Positions 45,581 through 56,777 are shown, numbered from the stretch's first letter. The stretch: 64,000 bases of DNA from Octopus sinensis (GCF_006345805.1 NC_042999.1:83948001-84012000), one strand, 5' to 3'. Notes: generated by a model not told the origin, from the letters alone. Translations and numbers: made by a program.

Positions 45581-46028
45581 AAGAAGGGCACTCACCACGT
45601 TTCTTGGAGATGAAATGGTATTTGTTTAGAACTTCACTCTGCCATCCATCAATTAATATATTTATATATGTGTCCATATGTGTATGGCTATGCGTGTGTA
45701 TCTGTATTCGTTTGTGCGTGTGTATTTTTGTGAGTATGTGTTTGTGCGAGTTGTGAGTGAGTGAGTGTATGTATATATACATAAAACTTTGTAAAGTTGC
45801 TTTTAGTGCCCGAAATCATTTTCAAATACTGACATGCATATATGATAGCTTAAATAGCAAATGCCAGAAGATGGAGATCAACCGAAGACGGACCACCTTC
45901 TCAGACCCAGTGGAATAGAGAATATTTACACCACTCCACCTTACAGTATTGAGTACATCCATGATTGAAGACATGTACATTATTGTAAGGTCACCGTATG
46001 TAAAAATACACATATACATACATGCATG

Positions 46029-46072
<44 letters not shown>

Positions 46073-46401
46073 ATATATATGTCTGTGAGTGTATATATAT
46101 ATTATATATATATATATATTGTATATAATTAATTAATAAGGGTGAGAGAATTAGATATTAATTTAATAGTATATCTATTCAACACCAAGTGGCCTAGTGC
46201 TCCGAGAAACCTGGATTATTATAATATTTTATAATATATTATAATATTTTTACAAAATAAATATAAGAGAGTGGTCACTATATGGCTCACTCTAGCACCA
46301 GTTAATCCAAAAGGTTTCAACCACAAAGATACATGTTTCCCATGAAAGTCAGTACGATTGTTAGCTCACACGGACAGGGCAAATAAAGAATAACAAAAAT
46401 A

Positions 46402-46497
46402 CAGATTATTTTGGGACAATTGTTTCGCTATTAATGAATTAAATGTAATTTTACTTACAAAAAAATCCACTTGTAGCTCGTCAGCCAAAACTATCTG
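46402..46497 (-). ncRNA. Type I hammerhead ribozyme, copy A
   Basis: Reverse complement of the motif at 47448-47543. Confidence 0.85.
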
Positions 46498-46936
46498 GAT
46501 GAAATCCACTCAATCACACGCCAGATTTTACCATAACGATAAATACGCGTGTGGTTCAATTGATTACATCCGACGTTATAATTCAAATGCCCCAACTAAC
46601 AGCGCGCCAAACTTTCACGGAAAACAAATACTGCATTAAGAAATAAATGCAGCATAATTATAATTAATTAATAAGGGTGAGAGAATTAGATATTAATTTA
46701 ATAGTATATCTATTCAACACCAAGTGGCCTAGTGCTCCGAGAAACCTGGATTATTATAATATTTTATAATATATTATAATATTTTTACAAAATAAATATA
46801 AGAGAGTGGTCACTATATGGCTCACTCTAGCACCAGTTAATCCAAAAGGTTTCAACCACAAAGATACATGTTTCCCATGAAAGTCAGTACGATTGTTAGC
46901 TCACACGGACAGGGCAAATAAAGAATAACAAAAATA

Positions 46937-47032
46937 CAGATTATTTTGGGACAATTGTTTCGCTATTAATGAATTAAATGTAATTTTACTTACAAAAAAA
47001 TCCACTTGTAGCTCGTCAGCCAAAACTATCTG
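46937..47032 (-). ncRNA. Type I hammerhead ribozyme, copy B
   Basis: Same motif, 535 bp from copy A. Confidence 0.85.
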
Positions 47033-47447
47033 GATGAAATCCACTCAATCACACGCCAGATTTTACCATAACGATAAATACGCGTGTGGTTCAATTGATT
47101 ACATCCGACGTTATAATTCGTGAGCCATATAGTGACCACTCTCTTATATTTATTTTGTAAAAATATTATAATATATTATAAAATATTATAATAATCCAGG
47201 TTTCTCGGAGCACTAGGCCACTTGGTGTTGAATAGATATACTATTAAATTAATATCTAATTCTCTCACCCTTATTAATTAATTATAATTATGCTGCATTT
47301 ATTTCTTAATGCAGTATTTGTTTTCCGTGAAAGTTTGGCGCGCTGTTAGTTGGGGCATTTGAATTATAACGTCGGATGTAATCAATTGAACCACACGCGT
47401 ATTTATCGTTATGGTAAAATCTGGCGTGTGATTGAGTGGATTTCATC

Positions 47448-47543
47448 CAGATAGTTTTGGCTGACGAGCTACAAGTGGATTTTTTTGTAAGTAAAATTAC
47501 ATTTAATTCATTAATAGCGAAACAATTGTCCCAAAATAATCTG
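47448..47543 (+). ncRNA. Type I hammerhead ribozyme, copy C
   Basis: Stem I CAGATAGTTTTGG/CCAAAATAATCTG (12 of 13 paired); core CTGACGA at 47461-47467; stem II GCTA/TAGC around a 43-nt loop; GAAA at 47519-47522; palindrome ACAATTGT; GTC triplet, predicted cut after 47530. Confidence 0.87.
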
Positions 47544-47981
47544 TATTTTGTTATTCTTTATTTGCCCTGTCCGTGTGAGCTAACAATCGTACTGACTTTC
47601 ATGGGAAACATGTATCTTTGTGGTTGAAACCTTTTGGATTAACTGGTGCTAGAGTGAGCCATATAGTGACCACTCTCTTATATTTATTTTGTAAAAATAT
47701 TATAATATATTATAAAATATTATAATAATCCAGGTTTCTCGGAGCACTAGGCCACTTGGTGTTGAATAGATATACTATTAAATTAATATCTAATTCTCTC
47801 ACCCTTATTAATTAATTATAATTATGCTGCATTTATTTCTTAATGCAGTATTTGTTTTCCGTGAAAGTTTGGCGCGCTGTTAGTTGGGGCATTTGAATTA
47901 TAACGTCGGATGTAATCAATTGAACCACACGCGTATTTATCGTTATGGTAAAATCTGGCGTGTGATTGAGTGGATTTCATC

Positions 47982-48077
47982 CAGATAGTTTTGGCTGACG
48001 AGCTACAAGTGGATTTTTTTGTAAGTAAAATTACATTTAATTCATTAATAGCGAAACAATTGTCCCAAAATAATCTG
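47982..48077 (+). ncRNA. Type I hammerhead ribozyme, copy D
   Basis: Identical motif; predicted cut after 48064. Confidence 0.87.
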
Positions 48078-48249
48078 TATTTTTGTTATTCTTTATTTGC
48101 CCTGTCCGTGTGAGCTAACAATCGTACTGACTTTCATGGGAAACATGTATCTTTGTGGTTGAAACCTTTTGGATTAACTGGTGCTAGAGTGAGCCATATA
48201 GTGACCACTCTCTTATATTTATTTTATATATTGTATATATATATATACA

Positions 48250-49480
48250 TATTTAAAGGAACCAAGTCGTGACCATGTAATATCGTCTTTTTAACGCATG
48301 CCACCCGAAACACGTAAAAATAAACATCCCGTTTAACTTAGCAAAAAGTATCTGCACAATAGTGTCTGATAGAACAACTCGGGACCTTCGTCTTCAAGAC
48401 CTCAAAACAACACTTATTGAAAGACAATATCCACCCTCTCTTATCGACGAGGGAATTAAACGTGCCAAACATTTATACACAAAAACACTAAGAACAAAAA
48501 AACATAGCACCACACCTCAAACCAAAACATTACTTTTTATATCAACACACAACCCCAGAAACAGTGAGACATTCAACACTATTGTGCAAACTCTCCCTTT
48601 ACTAACTAGAGATCCAAAAATGAACGACATCCTGAAAACACACAAACTCATCAAATGCAAAAAACAAGACAAATCGCTGAAGAGACTACTAACAAATGCG
48701 AAGCTTTACAAAACCAACCACGACACCAACGGTTGAAAATGTGGACGCCCGAACTGTGGAACCTGTCCCAACCTGCTTGAAGGCTCGGATTTCCTTTTCA
48801 AACAAGGGCAGAGGTTCACAATTGAAACTAGTTTCACCTGTGCCTCTGAGAGCTTAATTTATGTAATAACCTGCTCGGGCTGCGGTCATTAGTACATTGG
48901 ACAAACGAGTTTAACTTTGAGAAAGAGAATCACTCTGCATAAGGAGCAAATCCGTTTCCCGCAATACAGACAAATTCTTCTCAGTGAACACATAGAAAAA
49001 TGTGCAGGTAACATCAAACCAAATTTCACAGTCTTCCCTTTCTACCAGTGCAAAGACACAATCTCTCAACTAGAACGCTTAAATAAAGAAACCTTTTTCA
49101 TTGAAAAATGCAAAACACGTATTAATATGCACGCATAACCAACTCTTATATTTTTACATATTACATCACTGTACATAAATCCCCTACTAAACAAGGTCTT
49201 TTTTTAAAACTTGTCTCTTTTCTGTACACATATTTATTTCCCACCCATTTACCGAAACCTGAACAGTTATCTCCATTACACACTACAATAACAATAATAA
49301 CAACCAATTACCACCCTTTATTTGTCTACTTGTAAAGTCATTCACTCGTGAATTTCATCACACACAACATGGACCAAATTTCTTCTTAAGAAAAAATATA
49401 TATTCATATAAATTAAACATTATATCATGAATAGCGATAGCGAAACCGGTCGATATATTAAAAATTATATTAAAACATGT
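48250..49480 (+). mobile_element. 5'-truncated Penelope-like element (probably Neptune-type): RT C-terminus + Cys linker + GIY-YIG endonuclease, pseudogenised
   Basis: A single frame reads FNACHPKHVKINIPFNLAKSICTIVSD...*KCGRPNCGTC...LIYVITCSGCGH*YIGQT...RITLH...LSEH...KETFFI...IN. It has the CCHH signature and premature stops at 48278, 48734 and 48890. Confidence 0.88.
49421..49457 (+). ncRNA. Degenerate minimal hammerhead motif in the 3' region of the Penelope-like element
   Basis: TATATC-ATGA-atagcgatagc-GAAACCGGTC-GATATA: stem I and the palindromic ACCGGT/GTC half are intact, but the CTG of the core is missing. Confidence 0.5.
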
Positions 49481-49488
49481 AAGTGTGC

Positions 49489-49522
<34 letters not shown>

Positions 49523-49929
49523 TATATATAATTTGGCTGGTTTATGGCTGAGACCCAAATTGGAAGTAACCTTTCAACTTTCCGTGAGACGAGACGTCAA
49601 AATATAGCTGCGTTGAATGCCGTAGGTGGACGTAGCAAACAATTGTCATGAAAACCAAACCAAAATGCACGTTCACCTCGTGAAGGTTATGGGTATAAAA
49701 ATCAACTTAAACCGTGTTCCCCGAATTCGTAATTCCTCCGCTGTTTTGATGTACTATATTGTAAGTTGCTGGTTATTGTTAATTTAGTTGTTGAATTTGC
49801 TGATGTCTCATTTGCTGTGTGTTTTTTAAAACACCTTGTTTTATTGTGCTTCGGAAATTTTTTAACGTTATTCCCCCCTTTGAGGAAGAGAATTATTTAT
49901 TCTCTTGTGCAAAGGAATCTCCCTCACAA

Positions 49930-50575
49930 AAAAAAAATTATGAGTTGTAACTCAGCTACGGAAACCAATGTTTCAAAAGAAAAAATAACGCCTTCAGATA
50001 AAGTTTTGAACATGCAGTCAGGCGAAGAATCTTTAAAAGGAAAAAAACGTTGAAACAATTAAGCCTAATTTCGCCGCAGCAGCCTGTTTAAAAGGGAAAA
50101 CCTTAAACGTAACAAATGTAAATTTGAACCAATTCAAAAATATGTTCGAGAGGGAGAGCTATGGTCTGAAAACCACCCTCCCCTCTGAGGTAATTGAAAA
50201 CACGGCAAAAAAATGATTGTCTTTAAAACTTTGAACGTTCAAACTAAAAAGTTGGACAAAGCTTTGAGAGACGAGGTTGAGAAATGCTTGCAACCAATAT
50301 GGTCGGATATTGCATTTATCGCCAGAGGTCGCAAATTTGCAACCATTATCAGCCACCTGAAAAGTGAAGAAAGGGCGAAGGTGCTTTCAGTCAAGTCCCT
50401 TAAAACAACTGAAATAGTGCTCCTACCTACATATTTAGGTAAGCGTACCTCAAAAATTATAGTGGAGGAAAATCCACCAGAAATAGATGTAACATGGTTC
50501 TGAGCTGCTCTAATCATGGGTCTCGAGGATAAAATAACAATTCTCGAGGCTACTAAAATGGAAGGGACAAAGGAC
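49930..50575 (+). mobile_element. Possible LINE ORF1 fragment (Tx1/L1-like)
   Basis: Protein-like stretch IVLLPTYLGKRTSKIIVEENPPEIDVTWF*AALI; family assignment is from recalled similarity only. Confidence 0.35.
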
Positions 50576-50582
50576 TGAGATC

Positions 50583-51235
50583 ACACTTTCTGTGCCCTAT
50601 CAGTATTTGCGAAGGGAAGCCATCCTTCCCATCGTCGACTCGACGTGATACGCATAGACCCGGGTTTCTGTGTATTTAGCCGTCGTCAGCGCACGACCAT
50701 CACCGGTCTTCGATGGGAAGGGGTCCCAATGCAAACACATATATCCTTTCTCCAGTGACGAAAAGACAATGATCTCGAAAAAGTGTAAATCCACATTTAA
50801 GTGGCAAATATACTTCACACTGTCGTGCAGCTACTGTGCAGCGGCTGTTTATACTTCGTTCAGAGATTTATTATTGCTTGTTTACACTTTTTCAAGATCA
50901 GTGACGCAAAGTTTCTGGAAAAAGGATATTTGTATTTGCATTGGAACCCCTTTCATCAAAGTCTGGTGATTGATGTGCGCTGACAACGGGTAAATACCCA
51001 GAAACACAGGTCCGTGCGTATTACGTCAGGTCGACGATGGGAAAGATGGCTTCCCTTTGCAAATACTGATAGGGCACATAAAGTGTGTCAATAGCCAGCT
51101 GGAGGAGATGTTCTTCTGGGGCAACAAGCTACAGTAGCATCCACCCTTAGTGGTTAGCTACATTTAGATGGAAAATACACTTCACATTGTAGTGCAGCTA
51201 CTGTTTATACATCGTTCAGAGATTTATTATTGCTT
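50583..51235. repeat. Unclassified ~356-bp unit in partial tandem plus inverted arrangement
   Basis: Inverted arms 50583-50790 / 50881-51088; direct repeat gatttattattgctt at 50865 and 51221; third copy at 60031-60327. Confidence 0.75.
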
Positions 51236-52365
51236 ATATATAGATATAGATATATATATATTTACGGAGGCACAAACGCTCAGACACATGCATATTTAAG
51301 AGTGACAGGTTGATAGATAATAGATATACAGAGATGCAACAACTGAAAATCTTTTGCTTCACGTGATGCGTTTTCCCTATGAACCATCACATATGTACGT
51401 GTGTGTATTTCGCGTTAGCTTTCAATAAGATATTTAACTATATGTGTGTTTGCGCGTGTGTGTGTGTGCGTGTGTGTACGCCTGTGCATTTGTGCTGTGT
51501 GAGTATATAAATATATTTTTTCAATAATATATTTCCATGTGTATATGACATGTAATCCCATACACACACACATATTTAGCAATATATAAATATGTACATA
51601 TAAATATGAAGTTCACAAATAAACCCTTTTACATCAACTTTATAACGCTTGATGAAAATTAATGTTAAACTGAGACCTAAATGACAAGTGAAGTATATTT
51701 AATATTTCGGAAGAACTGACATTTGAAAAGTTGTGAACTTCAAATATGATTTATTTGAAAATACTGATGAAATCAGATGCAAAGCCCATCATTGACATCT
51801 TGAAACACTTTCTTGAAGATGTTGAGAACTTACTTGACATGTTAAATATATTCCGATTTCTTTAATATCTAGATATATTTGTTGATTTCACTCGGTTTTA
51901 TTAGTTTTGCTTAGTTTTACTTTTAGGAATTTTCATTTTGTTTTTCCTTCTATAATATTTGTTGACTCTATTTGGTTATACATTACCTTTCTGTTATAGT
52001 TTTTAATTTTGTCTTTCATATCCTATATAAGAATCGATCTTTAAAAAAAATTTCCTTTACTTTGAACAGATACGTGTTGATTATATTGCCCAAAGAGAGT
52101 AAATATACTGTCACACTTTGAGAAACTCTATATACCGACGGATACATGTATAGCATTCTTGCGCACACACACGTGTGAAATTTGACTGATGTCTGCTGTT
52201 GCTGCCATCTACAGTTGCTTTCATAGTAAGAGGCGGAGAAAAAGAGAGTTTGCTAAGAAATGGAAGAAATGGAGAAATACCCTGAAGGTGAGAGAACCGC
52301 TGAGATGCATACATACATACATACATACATACACGCATACACAAACATACACACACATACACACA

Positions 52366-52470
<105 letters not shown>

Positions 52471-53392
52471 TACGGATATTTACTTGTATAGCAAGTGACC
52501 TGATCTGAGATCGTGTGCTGAAACAATTGTAGCGTGTTTATACATGTTTTTATTGAGTTTGATGTAAAGTTGTTTTTACATATAACTAAGCATAAATACA
52601 AACATTAACACGTACACACACACGTATACATTCAAATGCACACTAATATCTATATACCTTTGCATCTATTCATATATGTGAATCGTTGGCGATTTTCTTT
52701 CTCCATATATAACATATATAACATATATAACATATATATATATATATGTTTATATATATATAAGTAATATATACATGTTATGTGTGCGTGTGAACGTCTA
52801 TACCTATGTATATAAATTGTAAATAGTATGTTCAGAAATTGTTTTCTCTTCCTGTTAAACAGCTTATAAATGCACAATTGAAATACTAAAATCACCAATA
52901 TCTACAGCTGCAACTATTTGTATCAAAACTTTCAAATATTCTTAATGAGAAACTGAAGAAAATAACTATTTCCATATCCCCAAATTTTTACCTGAACCAG
53001 CTTTACGATGCATACCCTCAAACATTTCAAGGTAACATATCTTGGCATCAAAATATCACCCATTCATCTTCACAAATGTTCATATGAAACTGGACCACTT
53101 TACACACTTCCTAAATTTCTTCAAAGCATTAAACAAAAATATTTATTCTGTAACGATGAGTTTTGACCGTATAGGAATTTCTCACAGCCGTATCGGCGAT
53201 AAGCTTATTCCAGTCATAATTTACTCTGTTTTAAATGAAGGTCTTATTTACTCTCAAGCTCAACCTGAACTTTTCTATCATGTTTCTTTGGTCAGAGTTG
53301 ACAGTATAATGCGTAGTTCATAACACCATCTGAATAATTTCGTGTCATAGGCATGGTTTTCTAATTATATTGCATTGGTATGATCTTTTTGC

Positions 53393-53553
53393 TATACTCC
53401 CGACTAATTACGTGCCAGTGGTCATATCCCTTAGTTTACACTCGGCTAATCATTTTACTTTCGTCTGACATCCTAGTTATACGCCCGACTAATTAGTTTT
53501 TATTGATCAGATCTTCTAGTTATACACCCGACTATTCTCCAACTCTACGCCCG
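53393..53553. repeat. Diverged 42-43 bp periodic repeat with conserved TAGTTATACRCCCGACTAAT core
   Basis: cgact/cggct anchors at 53401, 53443, 53486 and 53529. Confidence 0.7.
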
Positions 53554-53994
53554 TGCTACTGCTCTCATTTGAATCCTTGTAACTTTCATTTTGTCGATTT
53601 ATCTGCTTTCAGTGGACAGGATCAATTGCATGACTTTTTATGGCGATTTGTATTCAGTGAATGGTAATTAACAATAGTATCGTCTAAATGAAACCATAGG
53701 AACACAACGCTTCCAATTCTCTCCCTCTTCACTTCTACAGATACAATGAGAAAAAAAAAACGCACTACGTTAAATGAACGAGAAACTCACCGACACTGGC
53801 TTATATGTCATTGACTACTGGTGCTCTAAATAACTTTTTTTTTATTAATGTTATTTAGACTGATATCACTCTGTCGCATAACCACAATAATAAGCAATTC
53901 CACTGATATTTATTTTGTTTTATCTGGCTTTTTAATTTCTTCCATATGCTAAGGACGGTATGGAATGATCTCAAAGAATTTTAGTTACTATATC

Positions 53995-54246
53995 TGTTGT
54001 GTCGAGGCCCCCAGATGATGAAGTAGACTAGCCCAATACGTAGATATAGGAGAAGGCTAGACGTCGGAAATATTTGAGACTAGGAGTAGAGTAGTAGAGA
54101 TCATCCGAACGTGCGACATAACAATGTGTAACATATAAATTGACAAAGAGGCATCGTCATTTGGTTTGTGCACTACTTATTTCGAAGCTGCATGAATAAA
54201 TCTTTTTCTAGAGTTAAAGTGTTTTACGCCCATATACAATATAACA
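53995..54246 (+). mobile_element. Possible solo LTR
   Basis: TGTTGT...ATAACA ends, internal AATAAA, 252 bp; no TSD seen. Confidence 0.3.
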
Positions 54247-54540
54247 CCGCTGAGTCGATATGACATGACGATCATGTGCAGTCATATTCACATACATGCA
54301 TGTATATGAGTACGGGAGTATACGACTTTATTCCTAAGTTTACAGTCTTACAAAATATTTTCTATAAAACGTTTTGTAACTAGTAAATTAACTTCAGAAA
54401 AAAAAAACGTTAAGCTGACACAGTGTTCAATACGTATATGGCTCAAAGTATATGTATAACAAGTATAGCCTAGAATAGGTTGTAGATTTCCGAATCCAAG
54501 AAATTTATGCATATATGTACGTATATATTTGTATGTATAA

Positions 54541-54578
<38 letters not shown>

Positions 54579-54953
54579 TTGCGAGGCAAAAACCCGGTGT
54601 AGAACTCAATATACATATATTTCTGAACAAAGTGTAAGATAAATATAGAGCGATAATAAGGAAACGAAATGACACAGAGAAAACAATGGTTGTTATGAAC
54701 CTCATTAGCTTTGCAATGTCTCTGCTATGAGACGCTGTGGCTACTTAGCTGAGTGCCGGAATAACATTCTGTAGATTCATCGGTGCTTCGAATATGATAT
54801 GCAATTTAATTGGGAAAAAAGAACTGCATCTTTACAATATACGGGCAAGGCATTACACAATTGATTCAATAACATGCATAGAAACGAAAAATATATGTGC
54901 ATATGCGCACGCGAGTATGAATATATAAGCATGCATATAAATATATATATATA

Positions 54954-55074
<121 letters not shown>

Positions 55075-55105
55075 CATATATATATATATGTATATATATA
55101 TAATA

Positions 55106-55257
55106 TGTGACAATTATTGGTTGTCATAATAAAACTCAGAGTTTCGGATACCGGAGTTGAAGTCTTTTGTCTTAATAACTGATGAGATGCCGGAGCAGAC
55201 TTCAGCCCCGTTATCCTACACTGTGAGTTTTATTATGACAACCAACTAACTGTCACA
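55106..55257. mobile_element. TA-flanked palindromic MITE (Tc1/mariner-type)
   Basis: 33-34 bp TIRs (tgtgaca...ttggttgtcataataaaactca) with one mismatch and one indel; TA on both sides. Confidence 0.75.
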
Positions 55258-55272
55258 TATATTTATAGACAT

Positions 55273-55593
55273 GTGAGGGCGCGTGGCTTAGTGGTTAGGG
55301 CATTCGGCTCATGATCGTAAGGTTGTGAGTTCGATTCCCGGCGACGCGTTGTGTCCTTGAGCAAGACACTTTATTTCACGTTGCTCCAGTCCACTCAGCT
55401 GGCAAAAATGAGTTGTACTTGTATTTCAAAGGGTCAGCCTTGTCACTCTCTGTGTCACGCTGATTATCCCCGAGAACTACGTTAAGGGTACACGTGTCTG
55501 TGGAATGCTCAGCCATTTGCACGTTAATTTCACGAGCAAGCTGTTCCGTTGATCGTATCAGCTGGGACCCTCGTCGTCGTAACCGGCGGAGTC
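55273..55593 (+). mobile_element. tRNA-derived CORE-type SINE family S3 with 11-bp TSD
   Basis: Head ggcgcgtggcttagtggttagg...gagttcgattccc, CORE-like ccttgagcaagacacttt; atatttataga at 55259-55269 and 55599-55609. Confidence 0.9.
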
Positions 55594-55699
55594 TAAAGAT
55601 ATTTATAGATAAATTCCTCTATTTTATATAATATCGAGGTCTCATTCATTCTGTTGTTGTCTTAATATATATATATTATATAGATCGGTAGCCACTTCA

Positions 55700-55890
55700 C
55701 ACATTTTTTTTGTCTCCCTGTTTCTCTCCTTGTTTCTTTCTGTGTTCCTTTCTGTGGAAGAGCGTAGGCTCGAAACGTAACAGACTTTTTCAATTCCCGA
55801 GCGTTATGCTAATACATCTGTTTGTTTTCTACACCACCTGTCTCCGTCTTTTGTTTTTTTTCGTGAATTCTCCCTGGGTCTGCGTTTCAT
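55700..55890 (+). mobile_element. Penelope-like pLTR fragment with minimal hammerhead-like motif (55746-55786)
   Basis: CTGTGGA-A-GAGC-GTAG-GCTC-GAAACGTA; similar to 58300-58505. Confidence 0.55.
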
Positions 55891-55896
55891 TCCCCC

Positions 55897-55996
55897 NNNN
55901 NNNNNNNNNNNNNNNNNNNNNNNNNNNNNNNNNNNNNNNNNNNNNNNNNNNNNNNNNNNNNNNNNNNNNNNNNNNNNNNNNNNNNNNNNNNNNNNN
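55897..55996. other. Assembly gap (100 N)
   Basis: Run of N. Confidence 1.
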
Positions 55997-56019
55997 AGAG
56001 AGAGGCAGGAATAAATCGG

Positions 56020-56101
56020 TAGATTGATAGATAGATAGGTAGATAGATATGTTTCTTTATTAGCCACACAGGGCTACACACAGATAGAACAAATTACAAG
56101 G

Positions 56102-56138
<37 letters not shown>

Positions 56139-56241
56139 GGATGGATAGATAGATAGATAGGTAGGTAGGTAGGTATGTAGTAGGTAGGTAGGTAGGTAGG
56201 TAGGTAGGTAGGTAGGTAGATAGATAGGTAGACAGATAGAC

Positions 56242-56300
<59 letters not shown>

Positions 56301-56309
56301 CAGACAGAT

Positions 56310-56400
<91 letters not shown>
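56020..56400. repeat. (GATA)n/(GGTA)n/(GACA)n compound microsatellite
   Basis: Visible directly. Confidence 0.95.
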
Positions 56401-56403
<3 letters not shown>

Positions 56404-56739
56404 TTGGTCCAATGAGACATTGTATTTGCATTTATATTTTTCTACGAACGACACACTCCAATACCAGAAACACGCATAAAAGTAAACGCATACGAAAAGT
56501 AAGCTCTCACGGGGAAATATGCATAGAAACCTGTATCCATTTGTGAATGTTTGGCTGCGTTATATATGGAATTTCTTGTTCATTCCCCTTTGTCAGTACG
56601 TGTGCGTTTGTGCGCAGGTGAATGCGCATGTCTTTCCATGTGACCATTTGATTAACTGTAAAGGAAGCAAACAATTATAGCTTTCCTGTCCTATACACAA
56701 GCAAATATGCGTTTGTATGTGTCTGAGGTGGGGTATGTA

Positions 56740-56777
<38 letters not shown>

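Larger units (their letters stand above)
46124..48225. mobile_element. Hammerhead-bearing 535-bp tandem/inverted array (retrozyme-like or Penelope pseudo-LTR multimer) with 15-bp TSD
   Basis: Period 535 (46136 vs 46671; 47654 vs 48189). Reverse block 46124-47119, forward block 47120-48225. tatatattgtatata at 46113-46127 and 48225-48239. No coding capacity. Confidence 0.88.

Noticed and set aside
46124-48225. Array as the 5' pLTR of the adjacent Penelope-like fragment
   Set aside because: The unit does not align by eye with that element's 3' region (49140-49480), and it has its own TSD.
49633-49647. tagcaaacaattgtc resembling the array's hammerhead 3' half
   Set aside because: It lacks the G of GAAA, has no upstream CTGANGA and no stem I; it may be coincidence.
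53393-53553. CRISPR array
   Set aside because: Eukaryotic context, degenerate repeats, short and partly similar spacers, and no cas genes.
55273-55345. tRNA gene (also 24385-24456 and the S1 heads)
   Set aside because: The tRNA-like head runs into SINE body sequence bounded by TSDs, with no clean acceptor stem or terminator.
55860-56020. Continuity of the pLTR fragment across the gap
   Set aside because: The 100-N gap has unknown true size, so nothing can be inferred across it.
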